A DNA stretch of 64,000 nt from Torpedo marmorata (taxonomy: Eukaryota). The stretch spans positions 30,256,001 to 30,320,000 of the forward strand of contig OZ360242.1 in NCBI GenBank assembly GCA_977017645.1, in the 5' to 3' direction. Of this stretch, positions 12,632 to 26,124 are shown piece by piece (the stretch's first letter is position 1; every line of letters begins with the position of its first letter). Made by a program: the position numbers and the translations under genes. The notes under the pieces are model-generated. The model was not told the origin of the DNA. It did not search any database and saw only the letters and a program-made list of their open reading frames with translations.

Positions 12632-13450
12632 ATGAAGCAAGAAAGCCTGCAGACGCTGTGATTGTAGTTAATGCACAGAAGTGTTGCAGAAACTCAGCAG
12701 GTCCCGCAGCGCCCATAGGAGGCAAAGGTATATAACCAACGTTTCGGGCTTGAGGCCTTCATCATGGTATGAGCAAAAGGCAGGCAGGTGCCTGAATAAA
12801 AAGGTGGAGGGAGGAGGGAAGAAGGAGCACAGGCCAACAGGCAAGAGGCCATAGATGGACGTGGATAGGAGGGCAGGAGAGAAAAGCTGAGAATTGATTG
12901 GGGAAGGAGGTAGCTCTGTGAATTCAGAGCAGGAGGAAAAAAACAGAGGGATAGAGAAAGAGAGAGAGAGAGTGACAGAGCTGAGGAAAGGTGTCATGGG
13001 GATAGAAAGAGAGAGAGAGAGAGAGAGAGGAGTGGAAGGAAAGGGGGCATAGGGATAGGGAAAGAGAGAGATGGGGGACGGGGGGTTAATGGAAACCAGA
13101 GAAGTTGATGTTAATGCCATCTGGTTGGAGGGTGCCCAGACGGATATGAGTTGTTGTTCCTCCAATTTAAGGTGGTCTCAGTTTGGAGGTTCATGAGACC
13201 ATGGACAGATCAATTCCCAGCTTCTCTCTCCTGCCCTCCTATCCTGTCCATCTATGGCCTCTTGGCTGTTGACCTATGCTCCTTCCACTGACCCTTCTTC
13301 CCTCCTCCTCCCCCCACCTTTTTATTCAGGCCCTGCTTGCTTTTTGCTCATACTTTGATGAACGGCTCAGTCCCGAAACATTGGTTATATACCTTTGCCT
13401 CCTATGGACGCTGTGGGACCTGCTGAGTTTCTCCAGCAATTTTATGTATT
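12632..13450. mobile_element. Penelope-like element: minus copy (12632-13208) joined to an inverted partial copy (13209-13450)
   Basis: Minus strand encodes the GIY-YIG C-terminus (LEEQQLI...); 13209-13450 is the reverse complement of about 12670-12897; internal (GA)n. Confidence 0.85.
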
Positions 13451-13718
13451 TATGTACAGGCATAAGATCCGGGCAGATGAGGTAAATCAGGTTCTCCCAA
13501 GGTTGGGAGAGTAAAAAGCTGCTTCATTGCTATCGAGGGCCAACAAAAAGAAGGGGTGAGTTGAGAATGAAGGAATATTCTCCACTTTATGGGAAATGCA
13601 AGCATAAATATTTCCATGTTTATTTTGGCCATTAACCTTTACATTCAGAATGACAACTGAATTATCAAGAATTTCCAGAGGGAAACCCTTGAGAATAGAT
13701 ACTTTTAAAACAACTTTA

Positions 13719-15192
13719 TTTTTTTTAACCAAAAATAGACTTTATTCACAATAAATTTTTTACAAAAGTAAAACCGTTCAAAGTCTCTTCCCACCCTTAT
13801 TTTCGTATCCATACATTTCCATCACTGTACATTGTTACATTCATTTCTATTTACACCATTGACACGACTGTGGCACCTTGTCGTTACTCCTTCTGTTGAT
13901 TGAGGGTCTTCCCCTCTGTCTCAGCTCCTCAATACATGGAAATGGAAGGATTCTAGACTGTTATCCTTCCCCACTGGGCCCTCGCGTTGGTTGCGCCAAG
14001 CCTCGGTGCATCCCTCAGCACGTACTCCTGCAGCCTGGAACGTGCCACTCAACAGCATCCCACACCGACATCACTGTGTGCTGAAAGACCAACAGGTTTC
14101 GGGCAGACAAAAGTGTATCTTTCACCGAGTTGATGGTCTTCCAGCAGTTCTGGATGTCCGATTCTGTGTGCATCTCCGGGAACAGCCTGTAAATCAGAGA
14201 GTCCTTTGTCACGTTGCTGCTGGGAATGAACTGTGACAAAGGACCCTTGCATCCTTCTCCACACACTCTAAGCAAATCTGCATTCTGCAAAAAGGTGGGC
14301 GACTGTCTCCACTTCACCGCAGTCATCTCGGGGACAACGTGCGTTATTGGTGATGTTCCGGTTGTACAGGAAGGATCTGACTGGGAATCCTCACTGCCAG
14401 CCAGGAGCTTGGTGCTAGTTTGTGAGCACTGGCGATGTGGGATTCCGCCAGATGACCTGAACGGTCTGCTTCAGGAACCACCCCGACCGTGTCCATCGAA
14501 TCCTCGTCTCTCAGTGTTTGCAGGACGTTCCACGCTGACCACTGCCTGATGGTCTTGTGGTCAAATGTGTTTGTCTGGAAAAAAACTTTTCCACGAAGGA
14601 TAGATGGTGTGGCAAAGTCCAGCTGACTGGGACATTGCGCGGCAACAGGGCAAGGCCCATCCTTCGCAACATCTGGGGACAGGTAGAACCTCAGCACATT
14701 GCGGCACTTGGTGCCCTTGTACTTTGGTTCCACACACCGCCTGATGCAGCCACACATGAAGGTGGTCATCAGGATGAGGGCCACATTGGGTGTGCCCTTG
14801 CCCCTGTTGTCTGGTGACTTGTACATGGCGACCCTTTGGACCCTTTCCATCTTGGATCCCAATATGAACTGGAAGACTGCTCTGGTGACCTCCAGGGCGG
14901 AGGTACGGGATATGGGCCACACCTTCATGATGTACCGCAGTACCAAGAGCACCTCGCACCTGATGACCAGGATCTTCCCTGTTATTGAGAGGGAGCACCA
15001 CCGCGTCCACAGACCCAATTTCTGGTGGACCTTTGCAATCCGCTCCAATGAATTCTTGTTGCACGCCTCGGCCCCTCCAAACCAGATCTTCAGTACCTTC
15101 AGGTAGTCAGATCTGACTGTGAAAGGGATGGGGGACCGGTCAGACCAGTTACCGAAGAGCAAAGTTCTGGTGCTTGTTTGTGAGCACTGGCA
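13719..15192 (-). mobile_element. 5'-truncated Tx1-clade LINE (frameshifted ORF2 C-terminal part)
   Basis: YLKVLKIWFGG...LSITGKILVIRCEVL...WKTINSVKDTLLSARNLLVFQ; AATAAA and A-tail on minus; 15-bp TSD TTTAAAACAACTTTA at 13704-13718 and 15193-15207. Confidence 0.88.
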
Positions 15193-16260
15193 TTTAAAAC
15201 AACTTTAAATGGAGCAGTAGTGACAATAAAGTCAAAAACTAGACAGAAATGCGCTTTGGATCCCAGTCAGCCTGAAAGCTGAAGACACACCCACATTAAA
15301 CAGAACCAATTTGAAAAACACATCAAGAAATTAATCAGAATCTAGCCAAATTATCTGAAGAGAGAGGCAGCATTTTGCACCATTAGAGTGAAGGATGCAG
15401 TGGACATTAGCAATCCTGTTGTCTTGGATAATGTTGACACCCCCTTCAACCAATTACCTTTCACCATCACAGAGTAAGTTCAGACCAAGAAGCCTTTTCT
15501 GAGTCATTTGATGTAAACTTTCTGAAACACTACTGTCATTCCGGCCCCACCCTGGTTTACACCCCGCCTGCAGGCACCCTATTTTCCAATTACATCGGGC
15601 CGGCTAGCCGTGTCAGAGTCCTGACCTTAGCTCAACCAACTGTACCTCCATAAATATGTAGCTTTCTGGGAGGCTTAATTTTTCACCTTAACCAGTCCTT
15701 TCTACTGAATGTCATGCATGTCATTTTAAACTAGGCACGTAATGCAAGCAGGCCAATTCTACCTTTGAAAATGCTAATTTATCTTCTAAATGGCCCTGTT
15801 CAATGGTGCTTTGTCACAAGCTGCACGTCTGTACAGTGGAACCACCCAGTTACGATCGGTTACACCCCAGGAATGTAAACAAGAGTGAAAGGCAATGCTC
15901 AAACATACCTGCAGAGCCATTTTTGAGCCAACCTTGTGAGCAAGAGCTTTTAAACCTTTCAGAAATGCTTCCAGCTTTTAAGAAATTTGGCTGTAACTCA
16001 AAAACAAATTTTAAAATACAACAATAGTAGTAAAACTTAAGACAAACAAATAGAAAAGTTACAAAACTAAAGTTTCACTTGTTGGCCTGTTCATTATTAG
16101 CACTAGAGCATGTTGTAACATAATATTATCAACATTTTAACAATAATTATAATTTGGATTGTTGTGAATTAAAAAATGCAGTTATGAGTGTGGTTACAAA
16201 AATATCACAAGTTAATTGCAGTGTTAATTGCATTGCGAAACTAATATTTTTGAACTGCAA

Positions 16261-16530
16261 TAGAGAGGAGGGAATGAGGGGGATAGAATGAGGAAAAAGC
16301 AGAGAAGGGAAAACTAAGGAGAGGATTGGGGTGGGGTAGAAATATTGGGCATTTCCCTTAGGTTTGTTTGTTCTCTCTCTCTCTCCCTCCTCTATGCACC
16401 TTCTCCTCTCCCTTTCACAGTCTCTATTTCTCTTCCTCCTCACCTCCGTCTCTTTTTTCCACCCTCTCTCACTATCCCTTCTCCATCTCTCCCTGCACCT
16501 CCTCTTCCCGTTCCCTCCCTAACCCCCAAC
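16261..16530. repeat. Purine-rich tract followed by pyrimidine-rich low-complexity tract
   Basis: GA-rich 16261-16340 then CT-rich 16370-16530. Confidence 0.7.
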
Positions 16531-18339
16531 ACAGTCAGATCCTCCTGATTCACAGCAGGACAAGTTGGTGCTGAGGCCTGTTTCCTGCAGCTCTAGATGT
16601 TAGCTGGTCAGGTTTAGGTAGGTTTTGTGGTTACCCCCATGGTTCAGATCAACATCGGATGTTTAAGTAGCAGGTGCTGGGGTGAGGTGGACAGTTACCA
16701 CTGGGTTTAGGGCCTCAGCAGTGCCTGACCCTGGGATGGGATGTGACTTGCTGAGGTCCAGATGGCACACTGTAAGATCTTTCAGCTATTAAATTGTAAC
16801 ATTTTTAGGGACCATAGGAACACAAACAACCTGTAAAACTTGACAAGTATGCTCAAGTTTTTAAGCTATAGAGTTCACAGGCAAAATAGCAGCACTATTG
16901 AAAATATAGAACCAGATCATGCTTTGAAATCAATCCTGCACTGCTCTGAAGTTTCTCCGATTTGGGCTATTCAAATAAAATAACTGGCTTCTGACTCCTT
17001 GTGTGATATAATGTTGGCCATTGCAGACTATAATTACACTCAAGGGGAGCCAAAGAAAAAGGGAACTAGCCCCAGAACAAATCTGGTTTTCATTAACCCT
17101 CTTGCTTCTTGGAGAGTTATGCTGCAGTGATGAATAAGGGAGAAAGTACTGAAATCATTATTAGAATTTCAGAGCAACTCCCAAGATTTATGGTAAATAA
17201 GCCTTTAAATTTAAAAAAAGCCAACAGGCAATGAGTGTTTGTCTGGAAATAATGCGGTGCTGCATTTTTCCACTTTGGTTCCTGCGGTTCCGGCCTGTAC
17301 TTGAAGGAGCCCAGCCCTCCCAAAAGCAGTCAGCTGCCTTTCGCAATGCTGGCTCAACCAGAAACATCTGGACTTTGGTTTTTTGGGGGGGGGGGGGGGT
17401 GGTGGTGGGGAGAAACACATCTTTCTCAAGCCTCGAGGCCAACAGCTTCCTGTGACAGTCACGTGGCTCAGCTGGAGGAAAAAAAAAGGCAAAAGAATTT
17501 CCAAACAGCAACGTGTCTGCTTCCAGTTAAACATAACTGCAGATGCTGTAGTTGATACGAGCTAGGGAGCTGTTCCAATTCAAAAACCCAACCTTCAAAA
17601 CCGATATTAAATCTTAATTTTGCCAATCACTTTCAGCTTGGCATCATTGCCCCTTTCTACAAAGGCGTTAGTCATGCTCAGTTGATTGCACCTTCATGCC
17701 GTGTCAGAATTTCCAGATTGATGGTTTAGTCACAAAACTTGAACACATGTCACTCTAGTTGCAAAATTGAGGGAGTGCTGCACTGTATCCTTGGGGCTTA
17801 GACTAGGATCAGTGGATGCCTGGAATTCTGAACGGACACTATATCTGTTTTAAGTTAATTGGGTACATGAGTGGTGAGTGGGCATGCCAGATCCATACCA
17901 GTTTTACCAGGGGAGGCTGTGGATAGGTAATCCTGGCACTTCTCTCTCCTGATGCATTTTGAGCACTTTTTACCCCCAGATTTGGGCCTTGTAAGTACCG
18001 GCAGAATTCATAGTTGAATTTAACACACACCACATTTGTTGTGGCACCATTTCTTTGTTCGTCAGAGTGAATTTCATTTGATCTTAAATGCATTGATTCC
18101 TTTTTCATGTGTTTGGATTTAACTGTTCCGTCAACATCTTCTCGCCTGCATAATGGGCAATCCATTTACCCACATTGAATCACCCCAAAATAGTGTGCTG
18201 CGTGAGAAATACTCTGTGCTGCTCTAAATGAACACATCAAATTGCTTAATTAATGCACTCATTTTCTCCATTTTAATGACAATGATTTGTATAAAGCTGC
18301 TCCAAGGTATATTTTCATTTATAAATGATTTTAAAAAAA

Positions 18340-18599
18340 ATTAAATTTTAGATTTAGACACACAGCACGGTAACAGGCCCTTTCGGCCCACGAGCCTGTG
18401 CCGCCCAATTACACCCAATTAACCTACAACCCCAGGTACATTTTTGAAGAGTGGGAGGAAACCGGAGCACCCGGAGGAAACCCACGCGGACACGGGGAGA
18501 ACGTACAAACCCCTTACAGACAGCTTGGGATTCGAGCCCCGGTGCCGATCACTAGCGCTGTAACAGCGTTGCGCTAACTGCTACACTAACCGTGCCACC
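18340..18599 (-). mobile_element. V-SINE (HE1-like), full length
   Basis: Reverse complement of the 5060 family with A/B-box head (gggctcgaatccc on minus). Confidence 0.88.
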
Positions 18600-21231
18600 A
18601 TTCATTTGTCTAAAATGCAGAGTATGCATGTGAAAGAAATGTATCAGATGTATGTGACTAATATATTTATGTTTGTTCATACATTTTGTGTGTGTGTGTT
18701 TGGAGGGGGGGGTGGTGGGGGGCAGCTGATGAAGCAAATATATTGTGAGCCATTGGGCCAACCAGTTCAATGGAATCTATTGGTTAGTGTAACAGTTGCA
18801 GTTAAATTTCTTTGTCATTGTTTCTGTGCTAAAATGAACAAAGCATTTCTGCTTTTCTCACACTGCTTGTAATATGGCTCTTGGGAGTAATTCAGTGTTT
18901 GCTTATTGTTCCTGAGCAGGTGCGAGGATTGTCTCTCAGCACAGCATAAAATGGTGCATTAAGAGATGTATGTTGGGGTGCCTGTATTGTGGAACTTGAC
19001 ATCCCATCCTGGATTGGGATGCTTGGATTATGATGTCACCAAAAGTTTCAAATGACAGTAGTGTAAATGTACTTTAAAAAGTTACCGTTGATACAATATA
19101 TTAGTCAATAGCATTATGGCTTGAAATTGGTTTGTAAGAAAAAAGTGGACAATGAGAAGAGTTCTGAATGTACGCCCTATCTTTCTATAACCCATTGAAG
19201 GCCCCTCGTATGCACTTGCCTCAGCAACAAGAAATAGGTTATGCAGTTACGATTTTGAAACAAAATATTTTTCACCAGATTTGTGTCAAAGATTAGATTC
19301 TCCCATGTTCCAAACTTGTGATGTGTCAAAGGCAGGTTCTTCTTTCTTTCCATCCAAACACTATTTACTGTCATTGGACCAATATTTGATCACAGATAAA
19401 AGCCCACAAGGTTTTATCAGTCTTTTTTTTTAACAATATAGTCCAACGCTGCTCCATGTTGGTATTGGCAAGGAGTGGAGAGGAAAAATATAGACCATCT
19501 GTTTTTCAATGTTCCTCATTTTAAACTAATTAAAGCAATTTCAACCCAGCCCTTTTTAAGCATAGTTTGTGATACTAATTGAAACCATGAATAGTTGATC
19601 ATGTGAAAGAATTAGGATTGAGAAAATTTACAAGGGGTTTTAGTTTTTGATCTGTGGTTATTATACAGGATGGTATAAACCATGCTCATATAGTAGCATT
19701 GAAAATGTAACATCTGCATTGTGAGTCACAGTCACAGTTTGATCTTACACTTCGGAACAGTGCTTCTTGCCATCTTACATTCCTACCATTTACAGTTCAG
19801 ATGTCGAGAGTAAGCTACCCCGACCACATGCGCCTCATATAGAGCAGCTGGACACTTGCATTATAGCCCCCTGGGGCATACATTCATTATGCACTTTTCA
19901 TTTTTAAATTGTTCTGAAGGCCAACAGTCTCAGAGCACAGCAAGGTCTCCATAATAGCTGCTGTGGTGTGCATTAGTGAGGAATGGTGCCCTAGACATTT
20001 TGAGCACTTTGTGTTCATTTCCCCTATCTGAATATAGAATTGGGACCTCATGAACTGTCTCAGTAGAGAGTTGTATGTACCTAGAAATTTAGTGTGCATG
20101 TAATTTTGGTGCATTGTGGCATTTAACGTGAATGTTAAATTGGCTCCCTGTAAAAAAAAAATGAAATTAGTCAAAATCCAGCATGAAATGTTCGGGTGGT
20201 TTATATACAGGAAAAGAAGTACTAAAATCAGAGCCAAGTGATGCTTGATGGGAGTTGCTCAAATTGGGACATTTGCTGAATATTGTGCTGCAGTTAGAGA
20301 AGGACACACTGTTTCCATACAGCAGCAACATGTATTTAAGGCTGAACCAAGAGGATCGATGAGAAAGAGAGTTTGTGCTTCTACTCAAGGCGCAATCGGG
20401 GTCGACAAGATGCACGCATGCCAGGAGGACACCAGAGGTCTTCCTGCAGCATTCCACATGTCCCAAACAGGACAGCCATGGAAAATCTGAACCTGTGAGT
20501 ACTTTGTTCATTGTACAAATCCAGGCAGGATATGGTGTCTCTGAAGCTTTATGGGAATGGGGTCTTTGTTGATGAGCATACCTTTGGCTCCTGCCTTGAG
20601 ATCTTCAACTGACCCTCAGTGACCTATCGTGGCCTTAAATGATGTTGTTGGCGACAGTAATAGGGGTTCTGCCAGGTGCGTCATGAGTGGGGAACCAATG
20701 GAATGAGCTGATTGCTGGAGAATATGTTAATTTAAGCAAATGCTGTGAACCATTGAAGATGTTTCTGTCCCTTTAAAAACTGGGAGAAGCAACAAATTAT
20801 CATGACATGCTCCCAGATCCAGTGAGACTGTTCAGCACAAGTTGTAATGTGGAGTTTTGAGAAAATGTTGCTTTTATGGGTGGAGATGTGTTTGGAGTCA
20901 ATATATGTGGGTATAACATCAGGATCTAGTCAGGAGCACATGGAAGTGTCTGGTCCAATCTTGTACTGGTGTGATCTCAGCTGGAAATTGCTGCTGGTGC
21001 AATCCACTTTGGGTATGATTGGATTTTGTGTGGGTAGTGGCTAAAAATGTGGGCATTATGTGATCCTATTTCTGTGGATTGGCTTCTTTCTGTATTGCTC
21101 CCAAGGAAACATTCCCTGCCAGTTCCTCAACACCTCGCTCCCCCAACCAACCTCATCAACCCCTCCAATCTGTAAGTGTACCAACGCATTCTGATTTCTC
21201 CCCTCAAGGCACCAACTTTTTTGGACCACAT

Positions 21232-21556
21232 CAGGGTCGGCGCCAAGGGGGGGGGGGAGATTCGCGGGCATTGCCCCCCCAAATGAGGTATTGTGACCCC
21301 CCCCCCACCCGTTCAAGGCCATTGCCCCCCACCCGCAGCCTAGCGTCACTAGTCCGCAATATAAGCATCGCGTTTGTCTGTTACGTCGGAGGGGGAGGGA
21401 GGGGGGCGGCGGCGGTGCAGCACGGAGGGGGTTCATGGTAGGTAGGTAGGCACCACCACCTCCCCCCCCCCGCTGAGCGAGTTTTCGAATGTCAAATTGT
21501 GCCCCCCTCGGTTACCCTAATGCCCCCCGATTAGACTTGTTCTGACGCCGACCCTG
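21232..21556. mobile_element. Non-autonomous hAT MITE, GC-rich
   Basis: TIR CAGGGTCGGCG(C/T)CA ... TGACGCCGACCCTG; perfect 8-bp TSD GACCACAT at 21224-21231 and 21557-21564. Confidence 0.9.
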
Positions 21557-22210
21557 GACCACATTCTGTGCGGCTGTTTCATGGCTCACCAATGTGGTCA
21601 GCACCTATGGTTAGTTCTCTACAGTGAAAATTCACCCTGACCTCACCTCCACATTCCCAGCACAAATCATTGGGAAATAATAAGGAGCAAAGCGTTTTCC
21701 CTCTTCAACTAAACAGTACACCATTTCATCCTTGGCATTTAAGCACACGGTTTTTTTTGTCTGACTGACAATAATGGAAAATAGGGGCTTTCAGACACCA
21801 GAGATACAATGAGCAGTGAACTGAAATCATCCCTGTTTTTTTCCTGACCCTTGTAGAAGATTGCTTAAGTCCCTGAGTCTCAGTAGAATTGAAATACTGG
21901 AACTAATATATGTGTATTCACACGCATATTATGTTTGTCCACCAATCTTCTGGTTTTTTTTTATCATGCTTCTGCATATTATTTGGTGTGGCAGAGGAAG
22001 TTGCAGAAAGGCACATTACTAGGCCGACTTTTGCACAACTTCCCATGCAGAGGTTATTGCAAAATGCTCTCTTCATCCTCCAACCTCCCCACCACACCCT
22101 CCCCCCATATCTTTATTTCCTCAGGCGAGAGTCCACATCAATAATTGTGGTAACTAGCTTAACTACTGTGCCCTTTGGGGAAAAAAACTTGGTTTGTGTT
22201 TTGGTAATAG

Positions 22211-22465
22211 TAGACATACATACATACACATGCAGCATGGTAACAGGCCTTTTCAGCCCACGAGCCCGTGCCGCCCAATACACCCAATTGACCTACAACC
22301 CCCTGTACGTTTATTTGAACAGTGTGAGGAAACCGGAGACCCCGGGGAAATCCCACGCAGACACAGGGAGAATGTACCAACTCCATACAGACAGCATGGG
22401 ATTCGAACCCCAATCCCGATCGCTGGTGCTGTAACAGCGTTGCGCTAACTGCTACACTAACCATG
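22211..22465 (-). mobile_element. V-SINE (HE1-like) with (TATG)n tail
   Basis: Same family as 18340 and 58195. Confidence 0.88.
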
Positions 22466-22599
22466 TATGGCCCCCGTTTAGGAATGTTGTGTGCTCCTTT
22501 GGTGTTTACTTCCGGCCTCCTAGTGCTCCTGATGTAGACAGGAGCCTCCACAGATGCTCCTTCTTTACTTTGAGCTAAGGTTACCACGTATCGGGCAGA

Positions 22600-23170
22600 A
22601 TGTTATATTTGTTCATGGAGACTTTGAGGATGTCCTTGAAGCATTTTCTTTGCCCTCCTAGCAATCTAATACCATGGCTGAATTTAGAGTAGACTAATTG
22701 CTTTGGGAGTGTGGCATGTGGACAATGTGGCTTATGCACTGAAGTTTGGATGTCTGGTCAGAGCATTCAAATTGGGGGTTTTTGCTTGGTCTGTTGTCTT
22801 GTTGATGAGTTTTGAGGGTTTTATGGAGCCAGTGTTGGTGCTCTTTCAGCATGTACCATGCTGAGGTGATCACTACAAGTCACCAGACATCCCATATCTC
22901 CAAACCATACAACAAGGAGAGATTATGACTGTTCAGTGGGTCTCGAGCTTGGTGCTGGATTTGGGTTTTAGTTTTCACAACACTTTTTTTCCTGTCTGCC
23001 GAAGGCTCTGCAGGCAGAAGGGAGGGAGAGTGAATTTTGTCATCCTGTGAAGAGATTTCTCCCAAGATATGAAAATCAATCCAATTTTTCCAGGGGTTTG
23101 TCATGGATATTGATGTTTGGGAATGGGGACAGTAATGGGATGAGATAGTCTTCCAGGCATTCAATGTAAC
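22600..23170 (-). mobile_element. Old RTE-like LINE fragment
   Basis: Minus ORF ends SLLYGLEIW (cf. RTE LLYGSETW); ttgaggatgtccttgaagc is antisense of an RTE-like FKDILK C-terminus. Heavily degraded. Confidence 0.55.
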
Positions 23171-24354
23171 CTCTTGTAAACTTCACTGATGACTTAGAGA
23201 TCTACAAAAAAATAAGGTAACTCTTGATGGAGAAATACGAGTGGAGTTGGGCAGGGAAAGTGAGGGCTGAATGCCTGGAATTTGCCACATATTGTGCATA
23301 TATACAAACATTATTGATAGGCTGGAAAACACCAGCTGGTTCATCATTTCCCTGCACTGATGATGCCTTCGGCAATACGACCAGACGCTTCCTACCCCCT
23401 TCCCCCACTGTTAAGTAGTCTCATGACAGTGATGAAAAACAGAAAGATAAATCCTGGGTTGGAATGAGGAATGGGGGAGGGCAAGGAATCTGGAAAATTC
23501 CTCTCTGACCTCCTCAGGCAATTGAAGGCAGCCGAGGAGACCACATTGATAATGCATACAGTGACTGCTGAACCACCCACCCTTTATGAGGTCTGATCTT
23601 TGCCCTTGCCAAAGCCCAGTCCAGTTCTCTTTGTGAAGGTGTATAAAAACCAGAAGGTTGTTGATAGAAACTGAGGACAAAATGTCTTTTGGACAGCTGT
23701 TATTCTGCCCTTTCCTCATTTTATAATTCACCCCAGCCTTTTGTTGATAAACACTTCACTATTTCAAGATGTTAACTCAGCTTACAAAGTTCCTTCCTCA
23801 TTAGGGACTGGATTCCTTTCAATTCTGTCATACTCAGAACTGTCTGCAGAATATCTGCAAGGAAACAATAAGTAGAGTTTTGCCAGTGTTTACTATCCTC
23901 AGAGAAATGATTGCATCAATAAGTTTTTAAAATAGGTTATTTTTGGTCTTGAGAAATTGATGCTGGTACAGCTAACAAGCCAGAGGCAATCTATATGGTT
24001 TGTGAGGTGTGGGATTTCTTCATTTTTACTACAAGCACTATTTTAAGAGAAAAAAATGTAAATGCAAAATTATACCCTTTGAGTTAAGCTAAGGTAATAT
24101 TTGCATTTTTAGTTGTTTTATCTCTGACAGTGTTGCTTTCCACCTGCAAGATCACACAGACTTCTTTAATCCTGGCCTAATTCTAGAATGCCCGCTGTTG
24201 AACAAGGTATCATTATTCAAATAAATTGAGCAGCGAGATTTTTAATGTGTTGGAATACATCAATTGAGCGAGGGATAGTGGCTTCCTCCCAGGAGCTGAG
24301 GTGTGGATGGGCCTGAGCAAGTCATGCCTGGTATATAGATGTAGTTATGTTATC

Positions 24355-24660
24355 ATATTTCGTCATGACATAGAGGGAGGCCATCAGCTCTTGGAACATT
24401 CACATCATTCCTATTTACTTCCCTGTAACTTCTTTTTGTTCATGTGCCCATCAACTGTCCCTGAGTTTCCGATGACCTACCAGTTCTGGGGCAATTTACT
24501 GTGGCCAGTTATCCGGCCAGCACGCTTTTCGGATGTGGGAGGAAGCATGCAGTCACAGGGAGAATCCACAAACTCGATGCAGATTTCACCTGAAGCCAGG
24601 ATTGAACCAGAGTCCCCACGGCTGTGCGGCAGCACCAGTACTGCACCACCGTGCTGTCCG
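24355..24660 (-). mobile_element. Older V-SINE variant
   Basis: ggatgtgggagga...gtcacagggagaatccacaaactc...ggattgaacc...gctgtgcggcagc...ctgcaccaccgtgctg is an antisense V-SINE head and body. Confidence 0.65.
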
Positions 24661-24919
24661 GGAGTGGGGGCATTCACTGCCTTTAACTGTGACTGAAAGA
24701 CAGGTTGGGTGCCAGGATCACTGTCCACTTTTTAATTACTTATTATTGAGGTGCAGGCATCACTGATGAAGGCAGTATTTATGACGCATCGTTGGATGGC
24801 ATGAGCTTTGGTACAATTGAGTGACTTGTGAGGCCACTTCAGAGGGAAGGTAAGCGTTGATGGTGTGTGACTGCAGTCACTGTTAGGCCAGTCCTCAGTC
24901 GGAAAGGAAGATGCCTTAA

Positions 24920-25103
24920 CCCTTTGGACTCCAGCCATTTTTAACCTTTCATAATATATACTCCGGACTGGGTCCATGGGTAAACTACAGTACGAACACC
25001 AGTACGAACCAGCTGGTGGTTGGGTATAAAACCAGTCCCGGAAAACGGGACACAGAGTATATGCGCTTGTTGGTAGTCCCTGAAAACCGGGACACAGAAA
25101 GGG
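24920..25103. mobile_element. Short piggyBac-like non-autonomous element
   Basis: TTAA|CCCTTT ... AAAGGG|TTAA (TTAA at 24916-24919 and 25104-25107); internal duplicated agtccc..aaaac.gggacacaga. Confidence 0.7.
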
Positions 25104-26048
25104 TTAATATAATTGACAATAAAAAATGAACATATTTATAATCAGCTTCCCTCCAGCCTCCTGGAATACCTCCCAGTATTCCTTTAAGGTTTAATACAGT
25201 TTCTCAGAATGGCATCCAGGGATTTAAACTCACTCGGGAATTATTAGTTCAACAACGTATCCACTATAGTGTGAGTGCGTGTGTGTGTTTATGAACACGT
25301 GTATCCATGTTGTAGGGAAGAACAGTATCTTCAAAAACACAGGCTGAAATTCTGGATTTGTTATTTAGTAATGTCTCCTTTTAAAAATATGTATTGTAAA
25401 GAAGACTTGTATTTGTGTTGTATCTTTCACAACTGTTGCTTTGAAGTGCAGTAGCTGGTGTAATATCGCACTTTCTGAGCGAACCATTTAAAACGGTTGG
25501 AATTGGTTTATTTAAAACTTCTGAAAATATTTAAAAATAAACTACCGGTATATAAATTATTTCTAACATGTTAATTAGTTAAAACAAATATACAGCTAAG
25601 GGGCCAAATTTGAAGTGCATTCAATCACGTTGCTCAACAAGTTAGGAAATACCCCTCGGCTCAACGATGAGTCCAGTGGTGGAACAAGGAGCTGGATGGG
25701 CCGACGTGGAAGTGCTGAACTCGCTGAAGTGTGTACCACATCTGGCTGACAGTTCTTTACAGAACTGCTGAGTAGCCAATGGTGTATTCAGTTGATGGCT
25801 TGGGTGGGAAGGGATGGTTATATATAAAACTTTGATGGAAAAAGTGCAGCATCAACATTTTTGTTATTTGCAGCAAGGCCTTTCTTTAAAATACAGATTA
25901 TTTTTTTGGAAATCTATCATGGCTGGAACAACTTGCAGTGAGCTGCTGCTTGATAAATCAAGATGAATCTGAATATCTCGTGTTCCATTTTGTACAACAC
26001 CTACAGAGGGTCATTATTAAACACCACAGTCAAACGGGTCTAATATTT

Positions 26049-26124
26049 TTTTTAAATTATTTTATTTAAACATTTAAATCACAAAATACATAAGATAAAA
26101 TTATAAAATTATCAAAATACTTGT
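26049..26124 (-). mobile_element. Extremely 5'-truncated L1 (76 nt), same family as 6868-9476
   Basis: Reverse complement aligns with about 9391-9468; 16-bp TSD AACGGGTCTAATATTT at 26033-26048 and 26125-26140. Confidence 0.9.
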
